Counted from the stretch's first letter, positions 31,864 through 42,426 are shown. The stretch: 64,000 nt of DNA from Myxococcota bacterium (GCA_963674735.2 CAXXQS010000001.1:1696001-1760000); one strand, 5' to 3'. Numbers and translations are program-made. Notes: a model not told the origin generated them from the sequence alone.

Positions 31864-33338
31864 TGTACATCTTCAGCGAAAGTGGGACAAATGATGGTTT
31901 ATTTCTAAGGGAGAGGTTGAGCCATTTGTTGTTCGTTGCGGTACAGGCGGTTTCGGTTCCTGATCTTTCGGTTTTCAAGGGTTCTTCGCTTCAATTCGGC
32001 TCGTTTTCGTAAGATCGCCTCCTTTCTGCCAAAGTATACGTCATCCGGTGTGACGTTGCCAAGGGCTTCGTGGACCCGACGTTGGTTGTACCAATTCACG
32101 AATTCCAGGATTTCGTTCTCGATCTGAATCGGCGTTTCGTGCACGTTCTGGTTGACACGCTCTTTCAGGCTGCGGTGATAGCGCTCGATCTTGCCGTTGG
32201 TCTGCGGGTGATACGGTGCGGCGAAGATGTGATGAATGCCTTTGATTTGAAGGTACTCCACCAATTCGCCGCTGATCAGCGCGCTGCCTCGATCCGACAG
32301 GATGCGCGGCTTCGTTCCCATCCGATCCACACCGGCAAACTCGCAGGCGGCCTCGATCACTTCGGAGAAATCCGGCGCTCGCATGGTCGGTTGCAGCTGA
32401 CGCCGGAAAGGTTTTCACCGGACGCGGAAAGATCAGCCCGGCCCGTTTGAGCACGCGATAGACCGTCGACTCGGATACGGCGAACGCGCCGTGATCCGTG
32501 AGGTGGACGGCCAACTCCCGCGAGGACTTCTCCGGGAATTCGGCTGCCAGCTTCAGTATTTCCGTCCGCTCGACATCGAGCAGTTGGTTCCACACCCGGC
32601 CCCTGTACGGGCTCTTGTCCACAAGCGCCGCTTCACCACTCGACGCATAGGCTTTCTTCCAGCGATAATAGGTCGATGGTGGCACATCGAGATCATGCAG
32701 AGTCTTGCGCACCGAAAACGGCGAACGCACCACCGCGTCGAGCACCGCCCGTTTCATTTCGGCTTGCATCCGCTTGTACCGGACGCTTACGAGCCGAGGC
32801 TTTTTTTATATCGCAAAACCTTCAAATGCGCTTCGGCCAGCGCGATCTTGAGCTGCTCGTTTTCCGATTTCAGCTCGCGCACCTCGTCGTCACTGGCGTC
32901 GCGCTTCGTCTCGCGTGTCAGGCCATTTTTGCCGGCTTCGAGAAACTGTTTGGACCAGCGATAGAACAGGCTGGGCTGGATGCCTTCCCGGCGGCAGAGC
33001 TCGCTGATGGAAATCTCGCCGCGCAGCGATTCGACGACAATGCGGATCTTCTCGTCGGCACTGAATTTGCGGCGGGTGTTTCGGCGGATCTGTTTGACAA
33101 CATTGGTGGCCATGGGGTCCTCCTCCTTCGAGTTGTACCCGGACCGGAACGGATGGTCAATCGTGGAAGCGGTCCCGACGCTGCAACGAGCTTCGGGGCG
33201 GGGCGTCTGAGGTCGCGTCCGGGATAATCCCTACGGTCCCGGAAACTCCCGCGCCGCCCCAACAACCGCTTTCTCTTCGACTCAGAGTCTCCCTTAATTC
33301 TCCCTAACCAACTGTCCCAAACTCGCTGACGGTGGACA
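31864..33338 (-). mobile_element. IS3-family element copy 1 (orfA 32787-33113; orfB has an internal deletion)
   Basis: 26-bp imperfect IRs TGTACATCTTCAGCGAAAGTGGGACA and TGTCCACCGTCAGCGAGTTTGGGACA; A7G slippery site. orfB lacks the WQTD segment present in copies 2 and 3. Confidence 0.9.
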
Positions 33339-33391
33339 GTAGTGGTCGGGCTGGTGTGACCTGAAGACCACCCTAAACAAATAGCCCAGAC

Positions 33392-33428
33392 ACATAAACA
33401 TTGACATAAACATTAGCGCGAGTACACT
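33392..33428 (+). promoter_or_regulatory. lexA promoter overlapped by a direct repeat (candidate operator)
   Basis: TTGACA (33401) and TACACT (33423) 16 bp apart; ACATAAACATT at 33392 and 33404. Confidence 0.6.
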
Positions 33429-33461
33429 GGGGGTGTGGCAATGGTTTGTGGAGGCAACCCC

Positions 33462-34100
33462 ATGCGTGAAGAACTGACGGAAAAACAGGCCCGCTTGTTG
33501 GGTTATCTGGAAAAAGAAATCGGCCAGAACGGCAAAGCCCCCAGCCTGCGGGCGATGGGCGAGGCGTTCGGGGTGAGCTATTCGGCTATCCGACAGCTAT
33601 TGGAAGAACTGGAAAAGAAAGCCTACATCCGGCGTGAAGGCCGCTACAGCCGCACCATTCACCTGCTCAACCCGCTGGGCGAAGTCTCCGGTGTGGAGCG
33701 CGGGCGCGAAATCCCCATCGTGGGTGAGATTGCCGCCGGACTGCCCCTGTACGCCCAACAGGAATGGGGCGGGTCGCTGGTGGTGGACCGCGAACTCTAC
33801 CGCTATCCCAACCTCTTCGCCCTGCGGATCAAAGGCCAGTCCATGAAAGACGCGGCCATTCTTCACGGCGATTTGGTGATTTGCACCCCGCGTCAGTATG
33901 CGGAAGACGGCGAGATCGTCGCGGCGCTGGTGCATGGCGAAGAGGCCACCGTCAAGCGCTTCTATCGCCATGCCGATCACATCGAGCTTCGCCCGGAAAA
34001 CCCGGCCTTTTCGCCCCAGCGGTACAGCTTCGATGACGTGCTGATTCAGGGCAAGGTGGTGGGCGTGCAGCGCGGGCCGGACGGCGTGGCGGGTGTGTGA
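33462..34100 (+). CDS. lexA: LexA repressor
   Basis: wHTH (LTEKQ..PSLR), Ala-Gly cleavage site IAAG, catalytic GQSM and ATVKR. Confidence 0.93.
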   Translation: MREELTEKQARLLGYLEKEIGQNGKAPSLRAMGEAFGVSYSAIRQLLEELEKKAYIRREGRYSRTIHLLNPLGEVSGVERGREIPIVGEIAAGLPLYAQQEWGGSLVVDRELYRYPNLFALRIKGQSMKDAAILHGDLVICTPRQYAEDGEIVAALVHGEEATVKRFYRHADHIELRPENPAFSPQRYSFDDVLIQGKVVGVQRGPDGVAGV

Positions 34101-34109
34101 GGATGGACG

Positions 34110-34934
34110 ATGGCGAAGCAGACGCAAACCGCAAAGCTGCTCATCGGGTGCAGCGGCTTTTCTTACCGCGAGTGGATCGAGGCGGGCGTGTATCCGCAGG
34201 GCACCAAACAAACGGAGATGCTGGCCCGCTACGCCGAGGAATTTCCCATTGTCGAGTTGAACTATACGTGGCACCGTATGCCCACGCCGGAGATGATCGA
34301 ACGCCAGCGCCAGCAAGCGCCGCCCGGCTTTCCTTTTGCGGCCAAGCTCACCAAAACCCTGACGCACGAGGTGGATAGCAACATCTGGTGGGAGAATATC
34401 GTCCGCTACCGCGACGCCCTTGCGCCCTTGACGCAGGCCGGGCAACTGGCTGCGGTGTTGGTGCAGTTGCCACCTTCGTTCGGCCGCGCCCCGAAAAACC
34501 GCAGCTATCTGGCTCACCTCTTGGACGCTTTGCACGGGCTTCCCGTGGCGGTGGAGTTCCGTCACAAGTCGTGGGCGCACGACCGGGTGTTTGCGGAACT
34601 AGAACGCCGCAAGGTAACGCTGGTTGCCGTGGACGAGCCGAAGTTGCCGCATCTGTTCCCGGCCTTGGATGTCGTCACCAATCCCGATCAATTTTACGTG
34701 CGTTTTCATGGGCGCAATACCGCCGGGTGGCAAAACCGGGGCAACGCCCATCCCTTTGATTACGATTATTCGGACGACGAACTGCGTCCCTGGGCCGAGC
34801 AGACCATCGAACGCATGGCCAAACGTGCCAAGAAGGGCTTTATTTTCTTCAATAACCACGTATCCGGGCAAGCCCCGAAAAACGCCCGTCGGCTGGCTGA
34901 ATTGCTGGCCGAACAGGGATTGCATGGGGGCTAA
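34110..34934 (+). CDS. DUF72 domain protein
   Basis: IGCSGFSY, VELNYT, QLPPSF, AVEFRH.SW, YVRFHGRN and FFNN motifs. Confidence 0.9.
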   Translation: MAKQTQTAKLLIGCSGFSYREWIEAGVYPQGTKQTEMLARYAEEFPIVELNYTWHRMPTPEMIERQRQQAPPGFPFAAKLTKTLTHEVDSNIWWENIVRYRDALAPLTQAGQLAAVLVQLPPSFGRAPKNRSYLAHLLDALHGLPVAVEFRHKSWAHDRVFAELERRKVTLVAVDEPKLPHLFPALDVVTNPDQFYVRFHGRNTAGWQNRGNAHPFDYDYSDDELRPWAEQTIERMAKRAKKGFIFFNNHVSGQAPKNARRLAELLAEQGLHGG

Positions 34935-34936
34935 AT

Positions 34937-36127
34937 ATGGGCGCGGCACGAGACATTCTGCACCTCAACGTGGCCGATTTCGCTGTGGAGGTGGAACGGC
35001 TGGTCGATAGCCGCCTGAAGACCCGGCCCGTGATTATCGCCCCGGAAGGCGCTGCACGGGCGGCGGTCTTCGATCACAGCGAGGAAGCCTACAAGGCCGG
35101 GGTGCGTAAAGGAATGCCCCTGAAGCGGGCGCTCCGGCGCTGCAAAGAGGCGGTGGTGTTGCCGCCCCATCCCGACCGCTACGAACGCGCCATGCGGGAA
35201 ATGTTGAAACGAACCCTGCCGTATTCGCCCCTGATCGAGCAGACCGACACCCAGGGTCACCTGTTTGTGGATTTAAGCGGCACGTCACGTCTGCACGGCC
35301 CACCCCAGGACGTTGGGTTGCGGGTGCGCCGGGCTTTGCAGAAGGAAGTCGGATTCCTGCCGATTTGGACGCTCGCCCCGAACAAGCTACTGGCCAAGGT
35401 GGCGTCACGGCTGGTCAAACCCACCGGGGAACGTATCGTCACAAGCCATGAAACCAAAGAACTTTTGCATCCCTTGCCCCTGAGCCTGATTCCAGGACTG
35501 GAAGCCTATGACCTGTTTCGTTTGCGGGATTTCAACCTGTGGCGGGTGGACGAGGCCACGCAACTGTCGCCTGCCCAACTGGACGTGATTTTCGGCAAAC
35601 GTAGTGCTGTCATCCATAACCTGTTACGTGGCGTGGACGATTCTCCCGTCCTGCCGATGGGTGAGCAATACCCCCGCATCACCGCCGAACATGCCTTTGG
35701 TAACGACACCAACGACCTACACCGCATCGAAGGGGTGTTGTACGCCCTTGTGGAAAGTGCGGGTGCGGAGTTGCGAAGACGTGGAATGGCGACGAAGCGT
35801 ATGGGGCTGTTGCTCGATTATACGGACGGCAAACGTATGCGTCGCACCCTGGTCGTCACGCCGCCAAGTGCCAATGACTTTGCTTTGTACGAGACCGGCC
35901 ACAACTTGCTGCACAGGGCATGGCAGCGTCGGGTGCGGATTCGTCACCTACGTTTGATGTTGGACCGGCTGGTTTATCCTCCGCCGCCACAGTTGAACTT
36001 GTTTGCAGATGAACGCAAGGAACAAAGCGATAAGCACGACCTCGTGGCCGCACTGGATACCATTCGCACCCGCTTTGGCCCGGCGGCTATTCGGATGGGC
36101 CGCACCCTGTCCACGGGCATACCATGA
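34937..36127 (+). CDS. imuB: ImuB-like catalytically inactive Y-family polymerase
   Basis: Y-family fold motifs (EA..AGV.KGM, NKLLAKVAS, D.IR.RFG), but the catalytic acidic motifs are replaced (HLNVADF; no SxDE). QLNLF clamp motif present. Confidence 0.8.
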   Translation: MGAARDILHLNVADFAVEVERLVDSRLKTRPVIIAPEGAARAAVFDHSEEAYKAGVRKGMPLKRALRRCKEAVVLPPHPDRYERAMREMLKRTLPYSPLIEQTDTQGHLFVDLSGTSRLHGPPQDVGLRVRRALQKEVGFLPIWTLAPNKLLAKVASRLVKPTGERIVTSHETKELLHPLPLSLIPGLEAYDLFRLRDFNLWRVDEATQLSPAQLDVIFGKRSAVIHNLLRGVDDSPVLPMGEQYPRITAEHAFGNDTNDLHRIEGVLYALVESAGAELRRRGMATKRMGLLLDYTDGKRMRRTLVVTPPSANDFALYETGHNLLHRAWQRRVRIRHLRLMLDRLVYPPPPQLNLFADERKEQSDKHDLVAALDTIRTRFGPAAIRMGRTLSTGIP

Positions 36128-39100
36128 TTCCCCTGACCACCCATTCGCACTATTCGATGATGTGGGGTGTGCGCTCGCCTGCGGAGTTGGTGCGTCACGC
36201 CAAGGTCTGTGGCTATGACCGGCTAGCCCTGACCGACACTGACAACCTGTACGGCTTGTGGCCTTTTCTTGCAGCTTGCAATGCGGAAGGCGTGCAGCCG
36301 ATTGTAGGCGCGGAAGTTACCGACCCAAACACGAACGACCGGGCCGTGTGTCTGGTGAAAAACGAAACGGGCTATAGTAATCTAACCCGCCTGCTGACCC
36401 GCCGTCATTGCGATAAAGTTTTCAGACTGCAACATGTCCTGCCTGACCATGCAAACGGCCTTGTAGTGTTGACCCAATCCGAAACGCTTTTGCGGCAATG
36501 GAAGGAACGGGGCGTGTTCGTGGCGGCTGCCTTGCCTCGTAAACCCAACGGTCACGGCTTGAAGCTGCGCCAAGTAGCGAAACGCTTGGAGGTGCCGTCC
36601 GTCGCCACACCGGGGGCTTTCTTCACCCTGCCGGAAGATCATGCCGTCCATCGCCTGCAACGGGCTATCAACCTGAACACCTCGCTTTCACGTCTGACCG
36701 AACAAGACATGGTTCCCGAAGATGCATGGTTGGCTCCGTCGATGGAGTACATCCGCCGTTTCGATGTCTGGCCCGATGCCATCCGGGCGACCGACACTTT
36801 GGCCGAACGGCTCGAATTCAACGGACCGGACTTCGGGCTGGTCCTGCCGAGTTGGCAGGATCAACATGCGGCGGAATCGGCCCTGGAACTTCGTACAGCG
36901 GCGTATGAAGGGGCACGCTGGCGGTACGGGGAAACGCTTTCGGATAAGGTGGTGCAACGCTTGGAATACGAACTGGCCGCTATCCGTGACAAGGGCTTTT
37001 CGGCCTATTTCCTGATCGTGCAGGACATCGTGAAACACAGCCCGCGTATTTGCGGGCGTGGGTCGGGTGCCGCATCCATCGTGGCCTATTGCTTGGGCAT
37101 CACCAACGTCTGCCCGCTCAAGTACAACCTCTATTTCGAACGCTTCCTCAATCCGGGACGAAAAGACGCCCCCGACATCGACGTGGATTTCGCCTGGGAT
37201 GAACGTGACGACGTGCAGTTGGCCGTGTTGGAGAAATACAAGGGACATGCGGCCATGGTCTGCAACCATGTGCTGTTGCAGCCCCGCTCGGCCATTCGGG
37301 AAGTGGCCAAGGTCTATGGCCTGACCGACCGTGAAATCGGGCAGGTATCCAAACGCCTGCCGTGGTTCTGGCGGGCGATGGATGGTGCCGACAACGACGC
37401 CCTGCTTTTACGCCTCAAAGCTCTGCCGCAACTGAAGCAACTGGATTTTCCCGAACCGTGGCCGGAGATTATCCGCCATGCCCAACGCCTGATCGGCACA
37501 CCACGAAACCTGTCCGTGCATTCCGGCGGGGTGGTAATTACACCCCGACCTATCGATACATACGTGCCGGTGGAAATCGCCCCCAAGGGTGTACCCATTA
37601 TCCAGTGGGAGAAAGACGGTACGGAAGACAGCGGTCTGTTGAAAATCGACCTGCTCGGCAACCGCAGCCTCGGAGTCATTCGGGACGCCATTGCGACCGT
37701 CAAACAAAACGGGAACGCCTTCGACGAAACCCGCTGGGAACCGGAAGACGACCGGGCGACGCAGGGCCGCATCGCCAACGGCGAAACAATGGGTTGCTTC
37801 TACATCGAATCCCCAGCCACACGGTTGTTGCAACAGAAATCAGCGGTGGGTGACTACGAACACATGGTGATTCACACGTCCATTATCCGACCGGCCGCCA
37901 ACCGTTGGATCAACGAATACCTGGCCCGGCTGAAAGGAGAACCCTGGGAAGCCATCCATCCGCTTCTGGAGGGTGTGTTGGACGAAACCTACGGCATTAT
38001 GGTCTATCAGGAACACGTTTCGCTGGCGGCGGTGGCTTTGGCAGGCTTCAACCATGCCGACGCGGACGGATTAAGAAAGGTGATGGCTCGTAAGGATCGG
38101 GATAAAAAGCTGCTCGACTACTTCCAACGCTTTGCTATGGGCGCACGGGAGCGAGGCGTAACGGACGCACAAATCGAAACCGTGTGGGACATGATCCTAT
38201 CTTTCGATGGTTATTCCTTCTGCAAGCCTCATTCGGCCAGCTACATCCGGGTGTCGTTTCAGGCGGCATACTTGAAGGCTCACCACCCGGCGGCCTTCAT
38301 GGCGGCGGTGATTTCCAACCAAGGTGGGTTTTACTCGACGTTTGCCTATGTTTCCGAGGCGCGGCGTCTGGGGGTGGACATCCTGCCGCCGGATGTCAAC
38401 GATAGCGGCATCCGCTGGACGGCGGGCGAGGGCTGGATGCGGGCGGGGCTGATGGCGGTCAAACACCTTTCAGCAAACACGCAAGCTCGGATCATTAGCG
38501 AGCGAGCGCGCACACCCTATCAAAGCCTGACAGATTTTCTAAATCGCGTGCAGCCCAACGATGAAGAAGCCCGGTCGTTGATCCATGCCGGGGCGTTCTC
38601 GACCTTGCACCCTAACGCCTCTCATGCGGCGCTGGCATGGGAACTGGCCACATGGCGCAAGGAGCGGCGACAGACCAAACCACAGCAGGATTTGTTTGCA
38701 CAGCCAGCGAAAGCCGCCACGCCACCAACGTTTCCCGCCGATGACGGTATTGCCCGCTTGCGCCGGGAGTTTGCCGCCTTGGGTTTTCTGTGCGACCGCC
38801 ACCCGATGACGCTTTTTGCCGATACGCTCAAACACCGCAACATGGTCAAAGCCAACGACCTGCACAACCATGCAGGCAAACGCGTAAGCGTGGCCGGGAT
38901 GCTGATTACCGGCAAGGTGGTCTCCACGCATAAGGGTGACCCGATGGAATTCGTCACTTTCGAGGACGAAACAGGCGTGATCGAAACCACGTTCTTCCCC
39001 CGCGTGTACGAGCGCTTCTGCTCGATACTGGATTACGGCCACCCCTTCATCCTGACCGGCAAAGTAGACGAGCAGTTCGGAGCCTGTACGTTGACCGTGG

Positions 39101-39129
39101 AGCAGGTGTTTGCCGTGCAGCGGGTGTAA
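36124..39129 (+). CDS. dnaE2: Error-prone DNA polymerase III alpha (DnaE2)
   Basis: PHP motifs HSHYS and ALTD, GRGSGAAS, PDIDVD, KIDLLG, YSFCKPH, and a C-terminal OB fold; follows imuB. Confidence 0.9.
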   Translation: MIPLTTHSHYSMMWGVRSPAELVRHAKVCGYDRLALTDTDNLYGLWPFLAACNAEGVQPIVGAEVTDPNTNDRAVCLVKNETGYSNLTRLLTRRHCDKVFRLQHVLPDHANGLVVLTQSETLLRQWKERGVFVAAALPRKPNGHGLKLRQVAKRLEVPSVATPGAFFTLPEDHAVHRLQRAINLNTSLSRLTEQDMVPEDAWLAPSMEYIRRFDVWPDAIRATDTLAERLEFNGPDFGLVLPSWQDQHAAESALELRTAAYEGARWRYGETLSDKVVQRLEYELAAIRDKGFSAYFLIVQDIVKHSPRICGRGSGAASIVAYCLGITNVCPLKYNLYFERFLNPGRKDAPDIDVDFAWDERDDVQLAVLEKYKGHAAMVCNHVLLQPRSAIREVAKVYGLTDREIGQVSKRLPWFWRAMDGADNDALLLRLKALPQLKQLDFPEPWPEIIRHAQRLIGTPRNLSVHSGGVVITPRPIDTYVPVEIAPKGVPIIQWEKDGTEDSGLLKIDLLGNRSLGVIRDAIATVKQNGNAFDETRWEPEDDRATQGRIANGETMGCFYIESPATRLLQQKSAVGDYEHMVIHTSIIRPAANRWINEYLARLKGEPWEAIHPLLEGVLDETYGIMVYQEHVSLAAVALAGFNHADADGLRKVMARKDRDKKLLDYFQRFAMGARERGVTDAQIETVWDMILSFDGYSFCKPHSASYIRVSFQAAYLKAHHPAAFMAAVISNQGGFYSTFAYVSEARRLGVDILPPDVNDSGIRWTAGEGWMRAGLMAVKHLSANTQARIISERARTPYQSLTDFLNRVQPNDEEARSLIHAGAFSTLHPNASHAALAWELATWRKERRQTKPQQDLFAQPAKAATPPTFPADDGIARLRREFAALGFLCDRHPMTLFADTLKHRNMVKANDLHNHAGKRVSVAGMLITGKVVSTHKGDPMEFVTFEDETGVIETTFFPRVYERFCSILDYGHPFILTGKVDEQFGACTLTVEQVFAVQRV

Positions 39130-39372
39130 CAGCAACTTGTCATGCACAAGCGCTAATATATTGAGTGTTGTCGAATACTTAGATTCCAAGGGCGACAACG
39201 AGACATGACTCCGTGTCATATGTCAAGAAAATCAAACAGATAGGGTCATGCCCCATAGCGATTTGGCCTTCTGAGCGCGTTGGAATTACTACCCTGCATC
39301 AGCCCCTCGGAAGCACGAGAAAATGCCATACGGAAGCGCTCAGGGCTTCGGGCGACCGATCTACGGCGACAG

Positions 39373-40041
39373 TCAAGACCCCTGCATTCGATACGGAACA
39401 TGCAGCATCGCCGCCGCCTTCTTCTTGACCCGCTCTCCGCGTCGGTCGTAACGGCTGGTGGTGGTCGGGCTGGCGTGACCGGCGAGCTTTTGCACGGTGG
39501 CGATGTCCGCACCTGCATCCAGTAGATCGGAGATGAAGCTTCGGCGCAAATCGTGAGGCGAGAAAGCTTTGACCTCGGCCTCTTTTCGACGCTTGGTCAA
39601 TACATGTAAAATGGCCTGGGGAGTCAGGCGCTCCGCGACAAGGTGCCCGCCACGGCGAATTCGATAAAGCAGCGGTCCAGACTCAGCCCCGCGCACCGAC
39701 AGCCACGCCTCGATGGCCTCTTTGCTCCCGTTCGTTGCATAGACGATTCGCGCCTTGTTGCCTTTGCCCGCCCTCACCGTCAATGCACCGTCCTCCGGGT
39801 TGTAATCGCCCAGATCGAGGCCGATAGCCTCTGCCCGACGCAAGCCACCTGCATAGAGTACGGCCATAATAGCGGCATCGCGGGGACCGGCGGCGGTTTC
39901 GTCCTCCATGCAAACATGGAACAGGGCCGTGATCTCGCCAGTGGAAAGCGCTCGCCCACGCGGGAGCGTGCTGCCCTTTACGTTTCGCACATCCACCGCC
40001 CGGCGGTAGTCCTCGGCCTTCATCGCGCCGAGTCGCCAGCA
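39373..40041 (-). pseudogene. 5'-truncated tyrosine recombinase (catalytic domain only)
   Basis: RDAA..GLRRAE, GKGNK, HDLRR and LAGHASPTTTSRY motifs. The frame starts abruptly at CWRLGAM after TAATAA, with no N-terminal binding domain. Confidence 0.8.
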
Positions 40042-40044
40042 TTA

Positions 40045-40554
40045 TTATTCGTCCCTTTCCGAAACGAGTCGGCAGAGGTTCACCCGGCCAGATCCATCCG
40101 AGCAAATCCACTCGCCCATTGCCGATTCCGCGAAAAACGGTCGATCCTGGGAAATATGCTTGCCGATCCGAACGATGTCGTCGCGGTCGGTGTGAATCGA
40201 CGCCCGGTGAACTTCTGCCGCTCCATTCTCTGCAATAACGAAAATCTTCCAGTCGGGGTCGCGGTGACGACAACAACGGTATTGTTCGAGGGCTGGCGCA
40301 AGGTCGTCTATCGTGGCGCTCTTGAAATCCGTTAGCGGAAGCTCCCAGTGCTCGATCATGCGGGCAACAATGGCGTTCCGTGGGCACAGCGTCGATTGAC
40401 AGTCATTCACTCGCTCCATGTCAATGGCTGTTTGATGGACATCAATAGTTTCCAACAGCGATGCGCAATCGACTGGGGTCTTCAGCCACGCATCCAGAAT
40501 TCGGCTTTTCAGGTCATCGGTTGTTATGGTCGCCTCCCGGATGAAATTCTGCAA
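40045..40554 (-). CDS. Hypothetical protein (possibly a fragment)
   Basis: 169-aa ORF with no motif recognised. Confidence 0.35.
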   Translation of the reverse strand: MQNFIREATITTDDLKSRILDAWLKTPVDCASLLETIDVHQTAIDMERVNDCQSTLCPRNAIVARMIEHWELPLTDFKSATIDDLAPALEQYRCCRHRDPDWKIFVIAENGAAEVHRASIHTDRDDIVRIGKHISQDRPFFAESAMGEWICSDGSGRVNLCRLVSERDE

Positions 40555-40683
40555 TGCAGGTTCACAGCCATCACCGGACTCGACAGCATACCTACAGCCA
40601 TGAGCCCGTATCCCCTACGCCGGAACATCTGCTCACGAGAGATGTAGAGGGAGACGGTGAATCTTGGCAAAGCCCATTGCTAT

Positions 40684-42426
40684 TCATTGGCTACTCGCGT
40701 TCCTTGCGCACCGGAAACCGTAATCGAACCAAGTGAAATCCTTGTTAATCCTCATGCGAGCCGAGGCGCGTAGGTAGACTTCGTAATAGCTCACTGAGCC
40801 GCCACGCAAAACGGGCCAAGGAGTCGATTGATCGTCTTCCCAAGCACTACCGTCTGAGGGGGCTCCTTCGTAGGAGTCATGGAACAAGTCTTCATTCCAT
40901 TCCCAGACGTTGCCAAACATATCGTACAAACCAAAATCATTCGGTTCCATACCTCTAACCGGATGCAATTGGGCAATGCAATGGGGTGTTGGCTCACAGC
41001 TATTGTCACTGTGCCACGCAATGCCATCAAGACAGGCTACATCATCACCGCAGGAATAGATGGTATCCGCACCAGCGCGAGCGGCATACTCCCACTCCGC
41101 TTCGCTGGGCAGACGCCCCCCAGCCCACTCGCAGAAGGTTTTTGCTCCATACCACGTAACCTCATTCACGGGATGATCGCGAAAACCTTGCTCAACCATC
41201 CAAAGTTCACCTGACTCATGAATGCGAAGATCGCCTTCTTCGTCATCACTATCGACGCATTCGCCATCTCCGCAGGTATTCCCGTTCTCGTTCAAGAACT
41301 GGACGAACTGGCTGTTGGTGATTTCAGTCTCTGTCATCTCGAACGATGATACGGAGACTTCATGTCTCGGAGACTCTTCTGGATAACAGCGTTCGTCCTG
41401 GGGAACGCAACCCATTTGAAATGTCCCGCCAGAAATGCTTACGAAGACCATCTCGCGATAGCAGTCGGGATAGCCGATGTAGCCGGGAGCGCAGTGGTCG
41501 CAATCGGGATAGGTTTGATAACCGATTTGACATTTATCGCAATAGTCGCCAGTAAGTCCGTGATTGCAGGTGCAGATGTCATCGTCTGGATTACACGCGC
41601 CATTTCCATTGCAGGTGTAGGGCTCATTTGCGCACCCATCGAATGAGCAGGTGTCCCTCGTACAATCATCGTCATCGGCGCAGTTCTCGATGAAGTCCTC
41701 CCGAACTCCACAGTGATTGCTCCATTTGCGATCCAAACCGTCACAGACTATTTGGTCGTGGAAAACGTAGTCTTCACAGACATGGTTAGTTGGGTGGCAA
41801 CGTTGGTCATAGTCGCAATCATCGAGGACTGCCCAATCCGTCGCGACTTCAAAGCGCCCAAGGCATTCGCTTGACACTCCGTCGCAATAGCGGTTTTTGT
41901 ACCGCTCCTCTACGTCGTCCCCACAGCCTTCTCCTGAACAGCGGTATTCGGGGATACGGGTCTGACACACATGGTCTTCTCCAAGCAATAAACATCCATC
42001 ACAGCAGGGGCCGATGGCGCATGAGCAATCACCCTCAATTGCCTCCTCAGTTTCTCGTTCCTGCTCCACCGAGTCATGTTCGGTTGAATCCGCTTCCAAC
42101 TCCGGTTCATTATCTGTCAGGTCGATGTCAGCATCAGCGGGAAGCCCATCTCCATCTTCAGTGAAATCCTCGTCGATTTCATCATCCAGATCGCCATCAC
42201 GATCACCTTCCTGGAGGGCTTCATGGTCAACATCGAGGCCATCCTCGTCGAAGTCCATGTCTCCATCGTGAGGATTACCCCAATCGTCATCAGTATCATC
42301 ACCGGCTTCGATGGAGTCTCCATCGACTAAAGAATGTGGCGCAGTCACGGATTCACCCGCACATGCTGAGATGAATGAAGCCAGTAGAAACACTGCATAA
42401 TATAGTGAAGGAGTAATGAATCTCAC
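40684..42426 (-). CDS. Lipoprotein with acidic linker, Cys-rich/EGF-like repeats and a C-terminal formylglycine-generating-enzyme (SUMF1) domain
   Basis: GGAG RBS before GTG 42426, lipobox SAC, DGD linker, EGF-like Cys spacing, and FQMG, TEITN, RLPSEAEWEYAAR, GNVWEW and GFRCAR. Confidence 0.85.
   Translation of the reverse strand: MRFITPSLYYAVFLLASFISACAGESVTAPHSLVDGDSIEAGDDTDDDWGNPHDGDMDFDEDGLDVDHEALQEGDRDGDLDDEIDEDFTEDGDGLPADADIDLTDNEPELEADSTEHDSVEQERETEEAIEGDCSCAIGPCCDGCLLLGEDHVCQTRIPEYRCSGEGCGDDVEERYKNRYCDGVSSECLGRFEVATDWAVLDDCDYDQRCHPTNHVCEDYVFHDQIVCDGLDRKWSNHCGVREDFIENCADDDDCTRDTCSFDGCANEPYTCNGNGACNPDDDICTCNHGLTGDYCDKCQIGYQTYPDCDHCAPGYIGYPDCYREMVFVSISGGTFQMGCVPQDERCYPEESPRHEVSVSSFEMTETEITNSQFVQFLNENGNTCGDGECVDSDDEEGDLRIHESGELWMVEQGFRDHPVNEVTWYGAKTFCEWAGGRLPSEAEWEYAARAGADTIYSCGDDVACLDGIAWHSDNSCEPTPHCIAQLHPVRGMEPNDFGLYDMFGNVWEWNEDLFHDSYEGAPSDGSAWEDDQSTPWPVLRGGSVSYYEVYLRASARMRINKDFTWFDYGFRCARNASSQ

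Noticed and set aside
31040-33400. Expected duplicate of the tRNA-Ala 3' end (att site) at the left island boundary
   Set aside because: No TGGTGGAGCTA-like match was seen by eye; it may have been deleted.
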